Shown: piece by piece, positions 59,730-64,000 of the stretch
Layout: the number at the start of each line of letters is the position of its first letter
Position numbering within the stretch: position 1 is the stretch's first letter
Assembly: GCF_009914755.1 (NCBI RefSeq)
Contig: NC_060934.1
Reading direction: 5' to 3' (one strand)
DNA length: 64,000 nt
Origin: the human T2T-CHM13v2.0 reference genome, Homo sapiens
Translations under genes and position numbers: made by a program
The notes under the pieces: generated by a model
The model's input: only the letters and a program-made list of their open reading frames with translations
Database searches by the model: none
Told to the model about the DNA's origin: nothing

Positions 59730-60840
59730 TTTCTGTGGATACATATGTAAATATGTATATACATATCTAGCTGTACTGTATTTTTAGCTGTACTAGAAAG
59801 CTACACATATTTTTTCTTAAGTGGTTGTACCTTTTTATGCTTCTATCAGCTGCATGTGAAAGGTCTACTTGCCACACATCATTGCCAAAAAGTTAGTGTT
59901 GTCAATCTCTCTGATTTTACCCTTTCTGATGAATGTGTCCAGATATAGCATGGTGACTTTAATTTGTGCTTCTCTTATTTTAATAACATTGAGAGCCTCT
60001 TCATACATTTATTGGTAATTTGGATATCCTCTTCTGGTCTCTTGCTCATTGTCTGTTAGAGTTATTGTCTTTTCCTTCTTGATTTGTAGAAGTCTTTTTT
60101 TTTATTGTTCATGATACAAGTCCTTTGCTAATTATATTCAGTATTTTAAATATTTTCTAATTCTGTAAATTGCCTTTATACTCTCCAAATTGTGTCTTTT
60201 GATGAAAAGAAGTTTCTAATTTTAGTATAGTTTATTTTATCAATGATTTTATTTATAGTTACTATTTTTTATATCCTGTTTAGGAAAGTTACGCCTATCC
60301 TAAAGTCATGAAAGCCGTACAGTTCTTTTTTTACAGCTAAAAAACATGTTTAATTGATTTTTGTTTATCATTATGAGAAAAGGGCTGATGTTGATATTTT
60401 GTTTCATCTTGACAATATTATTCTTTTTTGACTGCTCTGCAGGGCCACTATCATGACAAATTGTGTCCACATAGGTATAAGATTGTTTCTGGACTCTCTA
60501 ATCTCTGCCACTGGTCTATGTTTCTATCCTTGCACAATTGTCATAGCACTTTTTAAAATCATATGTTTATAATGAAGCTTTGTGTTTGGGTAGTTTAAGT
60601 GCTATAACTTTTTTCTCTTCAAAACTATCTTGATTATTATTTCTGTATTTTTATATAAATTTAAGAATTAGCATTTCAGTTTCTCTGAAAAAAAAACCGA
60701 GATTTTTCTTGGAACTGCATTTAGCTTATAAATCGTGTTTGGGGAAGCAAATCTTTTTGATGATATAAACCTTAAAATCCATAAATGTTACATATTTTCC
60801 CTATTTATTTAGATTTCTCTAATTTCAAATAATTCATCAT
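59730..60840 (-). mobile_element. Ancient L1ME ORF2/3' remnant
   Basis: gtggttgtacc..tttaatttgtgcttctct..ttgatgaaaagaagttt..gtttctggactctc..aattagc..ttcctatttatttag. Confidence 0.65.
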
Positions 60841-61050
60841 AATAGTGGCCTGACATCTCTTTTGGTAAAGTCATTCCAGATAGTTAATAAGGAATTAGTA
60901 CAACTTGCTAGAAGAGCTAAATTGTTGCTGAGGCATAAAGTATGAATAAGAGCCAGCTTGACTAGACGGCATTGGAGGGGTGATCTGTGGGAGATATTCA
61001 AGCAGCTGATAGGGCTTGAATACAAGAGAGACTGTGGAAAATTGGGAAAC

Positions 61051-61216
61051 ACAACACAAAGTTTCATTATAAATGTGTGGTTTTAAAAAGTGCTATGATA
61101 ATTGTGCAAGGATAGAAACATAGTCCAGTGACACAGACTAGAGGGTTCAGAAACAATCTCATACATATGTGGATACAATTTGTCATGATAGTGGCCCTGC
61201 AGAGCAGTCAAAAAAT
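61051..61216 (+). repeat. Inverted local duplicate of ~60420-60588 flanked by the 11-bp direct repeat aattgggaaac
   Basis: Reverse complement of 60420-60588; direct repeats at 61040-61050 and 61217-61227. Confidence 0.88.
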
Positions 61217-62339
61217 AATTGGGAAACTGGGAGGGCTTTAGTATGACTGAAAAAAGTAGTTTAATATGATTGATTATACTAATATACATTATTTGGATAC
61301 AACTATTTGAATGTTTACTATTATTGCTTGACATGAAAAGCTTTGTACTAGAAAACATAATAACAATCCTTATTTTTCTCAACGTAACAAGTTATTCAGT
61401 GAGAAACTGTTGTTGCTAAGTGATGGATTTAGGCAATTTCTTCCCATAAAACTCCTGAATGTACCGTCGTATTACTGGTTTGATAAGTTAAATAGTAACT
61501 TCATGAGCCCTATATACTTAATGTATTTCCCCAGTTTGTCTTACTAAGAGACAGACAGTGAGACTTTGAGTCTCACTATAAGAGGCTCTCTAACTTAATA
61601 CCATATAATGTGTAAATACCATATGATACAGCATTTGCAAATAAATTTAAAAATATATAGAACACATTAAGAGATTTCAAGTTAATTGATTTATTATATT
61701 AATTGTAATAGTGAGAGAAATGTTAAACCCTTGTTCTGAAGCAGATGTGCCTTATGTTACACAACTGCTCATTTCTTCATTATTTTGAAAAACAGGGAAT
61801 AATACATGTCTGTGAAATAAGAGCAACTGATAAATAAATGAATGTAGGGGCAGGGGGACAAGAACAAAGTTCTAAAGGAATAAATATTTTGGAAATGTAG
61901 TGTAAAATCCTTGCCGTTTTCTTCAGTGTGAACACAGAGTTGCAGGAATCAAAATCACATAAATCATTAGGAGGCATGAAAAGTGTTGGTGATAAAATAT
62001 ACAAACATGGGAAAGGCAAGTTTGAGGTATTTTAGATTGGAAATATTTTAGAAGAAAGACTATAAAAGATGCAAATAATTTGCCATATATATTCAGAATG
62101 AAACTTAAAATGTCTTAGTAGAATGATATTTATGGAATGTGGACTGCTGTTAAAACAAAGTCCACTTACAATTATTTTTTATCAGCATTTGGTATTGTGA
62201 TACAAGGGTTCTATCACAGGGTAATAGTATCTTGAATTCATACAAGTCAACATTCATTGAAAGCCATTAAGGTTGTTTTAAGATTTTGTGAATTGCTGGA
62301 GCAACTGACATTCTGTTCTCATCAAATACTTGAAGCAGG

Positions 62340-62460
62340 TGGCAGTATGGTTTGATAAAATTACATAAACTTGGGGTAAGGAGACCAGGGTTCCAACACC
62401 AGCTCTGATTCATATTAGTTGTTTGGCCTTAGGCAAACTACACGGATTCTCCTAGTTTTC
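62340..62460 (+). mobile_element. MIR fragment
   Basis: ggcagtatgg..ggagaccagggttcc..cagctctg..ccttaggcaa. Confidence 0.55.
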
Positions 62461-64000
62461 TTGAGAAACGAGAAAGTTCCTTTTAAACCTATGAGTGTAT
62501 AATTTTTAAAACCTGATTGCAAAATGTATCTATTTTTTCATGTAATGTAAGTACAGTTAGCAGGCTAAGGAATTAGTTATAGTCTAGAGCTACTCTCTTT
62601 ACAAACATGTAGAGGCCATTCTTTGCGGAGAGTTATTTCAAAGGACAAAACTATGAGAAAACCACACATTTGGAGGAGCAACCTGCCTTGCTGAGAATGA
62701 TTTAACTGTCACCTGTGCTACCTGATAAGATTTAGTTGAAGACTAAAGTAGCCCTGCTAATTTCAAAATCCTCTCTCACTGTCAAGTTAGTGTTTGCAGC
62801 ATTTCATCAGTTAAGACCAGCTCTCTTTTATAATTAGCAAGGCTGCAGATGGATGCCCATCCAGGACACCTTCGTCTGCTTATTCCAGCCTGGGTATATA
62901 CAAAGTCTGCTGGAGCCTGAGGCTATTCCCAGGAAATTAAGTGGAACCGTCTTCATTCGACTAGCCTATCTTTCACAACAGGCACATGTTGATTAAATGT
63001 TATTTCCATTTTATTTTTACTTCCTTCTCACCCTCTGTTTCTATTGTCCAGTTAAAACAACTTCACTGCCTTAGAAATTATTATTAAAAACTAATCACTA
63101 AAATAAATTCTTCCAGGGTCACTTTTTAAATTTTTAGTCCACTCTGAGATGTGACAAATAATATTTTTAATACCAGTTATTTTATGTAAATACTATTCCA
63201 ACTGTAGGTTTTTCATAATCAGAAAAGATTTAGCAATATTTAGATTTCAGTTTATAATTCTAGTATTTCTTAACCATTTTCTAGCATTCTCAAAACAGTA
63301 TATAGACAGTCACCAATTTAATTAAGAATCCTATTTGGGAGAAGCACTGAAAGTAGAAAGATCATCAGAAAATAAGCCATTGAGGGATTAATGCAAATAT
63401 AAGTAAATCTTAAATAGAAAAAAGAAAGCCATGCAAAGAAATTTCACATTCTCAGTAGAGCTGAGATTAGCTGATTAGCTGATCTTGACAGCTTATCTCA
63501 TGAGTACTGACTCAGGATTTTTCACAAGGTACTTGAAATTGTTTTCATTTCTACATAAAAGATACAAATCAATTATCTTCAGTTATGCACCTGGATTTAT
63601 AAAACACACTACTGGAATTATTGAAATTATTAGTCTCAGAAAAAAAATTCATAATCAAATGCACTTCAAACTATCATTTGTCAAAGATTAGACATCTTTG
63701 TGATAGCTTTCAATAAATTTTTGAAAATGCCTGTAGGTGTCACAAAGATCAGTTAAGGAAAAGCAGAAAGGAAGACTGAGGTTGCATGCGCAATTTCACA
63801 TTACCCAGCCATAACTTTTTTTTTAACTTATGAAATACATCCTTGCTGAGGATGCATATTTTTGTAGTTGTTCTCTATAAATGAGAAATCTAAGATTCTA
63901 TAAGCTATTCATGAATACCTTCATACACAACCTTGTCCATTTCTTTCTTACCTTTTAAATTCTCAGTGCAATGACAAACTCAGTGCGGACTTTGGCAGTG

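Noticed and set aside
61557-61577. Hairpin agtgagact-ttg-agtctcact
   Set aside because: Isolated 9-bp stem with no RNA-gene features.
55537-63517. Identical 15-mer agtactgactcagga (AP-1 core) at two places
   Set aside because: A few 15-bp matches are expected by chance in 64 kb and the match does not extend.

Overview
AT-rich primate genomic DNA, very likely human or another ape (it contains AluY and L1PA3), and dominated by interspersed repeats. I find no intact, recognisable host gene: all long ORFs in the track are L1 remnants, Alu or simple-repeat artefacts. Main contents: one full-length but dead L1PA3-like element on the minus strand (4389-10561) that keeps the ZNF93-bound 5'UTR segment; several older L1s, three of them with multi-kb internal deletions; five full Alus and one truncated Alu; MaLR/ERVL/ERV1 LTRs; DNA-transposon fossils (MER58, MER63, MER2, MER44, MER94, MADE1); MIRs and microsatellites. 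The most unusual signals are: (1) a 166-bp inverted copy of neighbouring DNA inserted with its own 11-bp target-site duplication (61051-61216); (2) an L1PA7 with a 5' inversion consisting only of the extreme 5' end of the L1 5'UTR; (3) a two-part local duplication in permuted order (A...B...B'A'); (4) a CpG-retaining non-repeat block carrying a strong-Kozak ATG, 38 open codons and a GTAAGT donor (53874-53987). Subfamily names come from remembered consensus sequences, not from a RepeatMasker run, and boundaries of old repeats are approximate.
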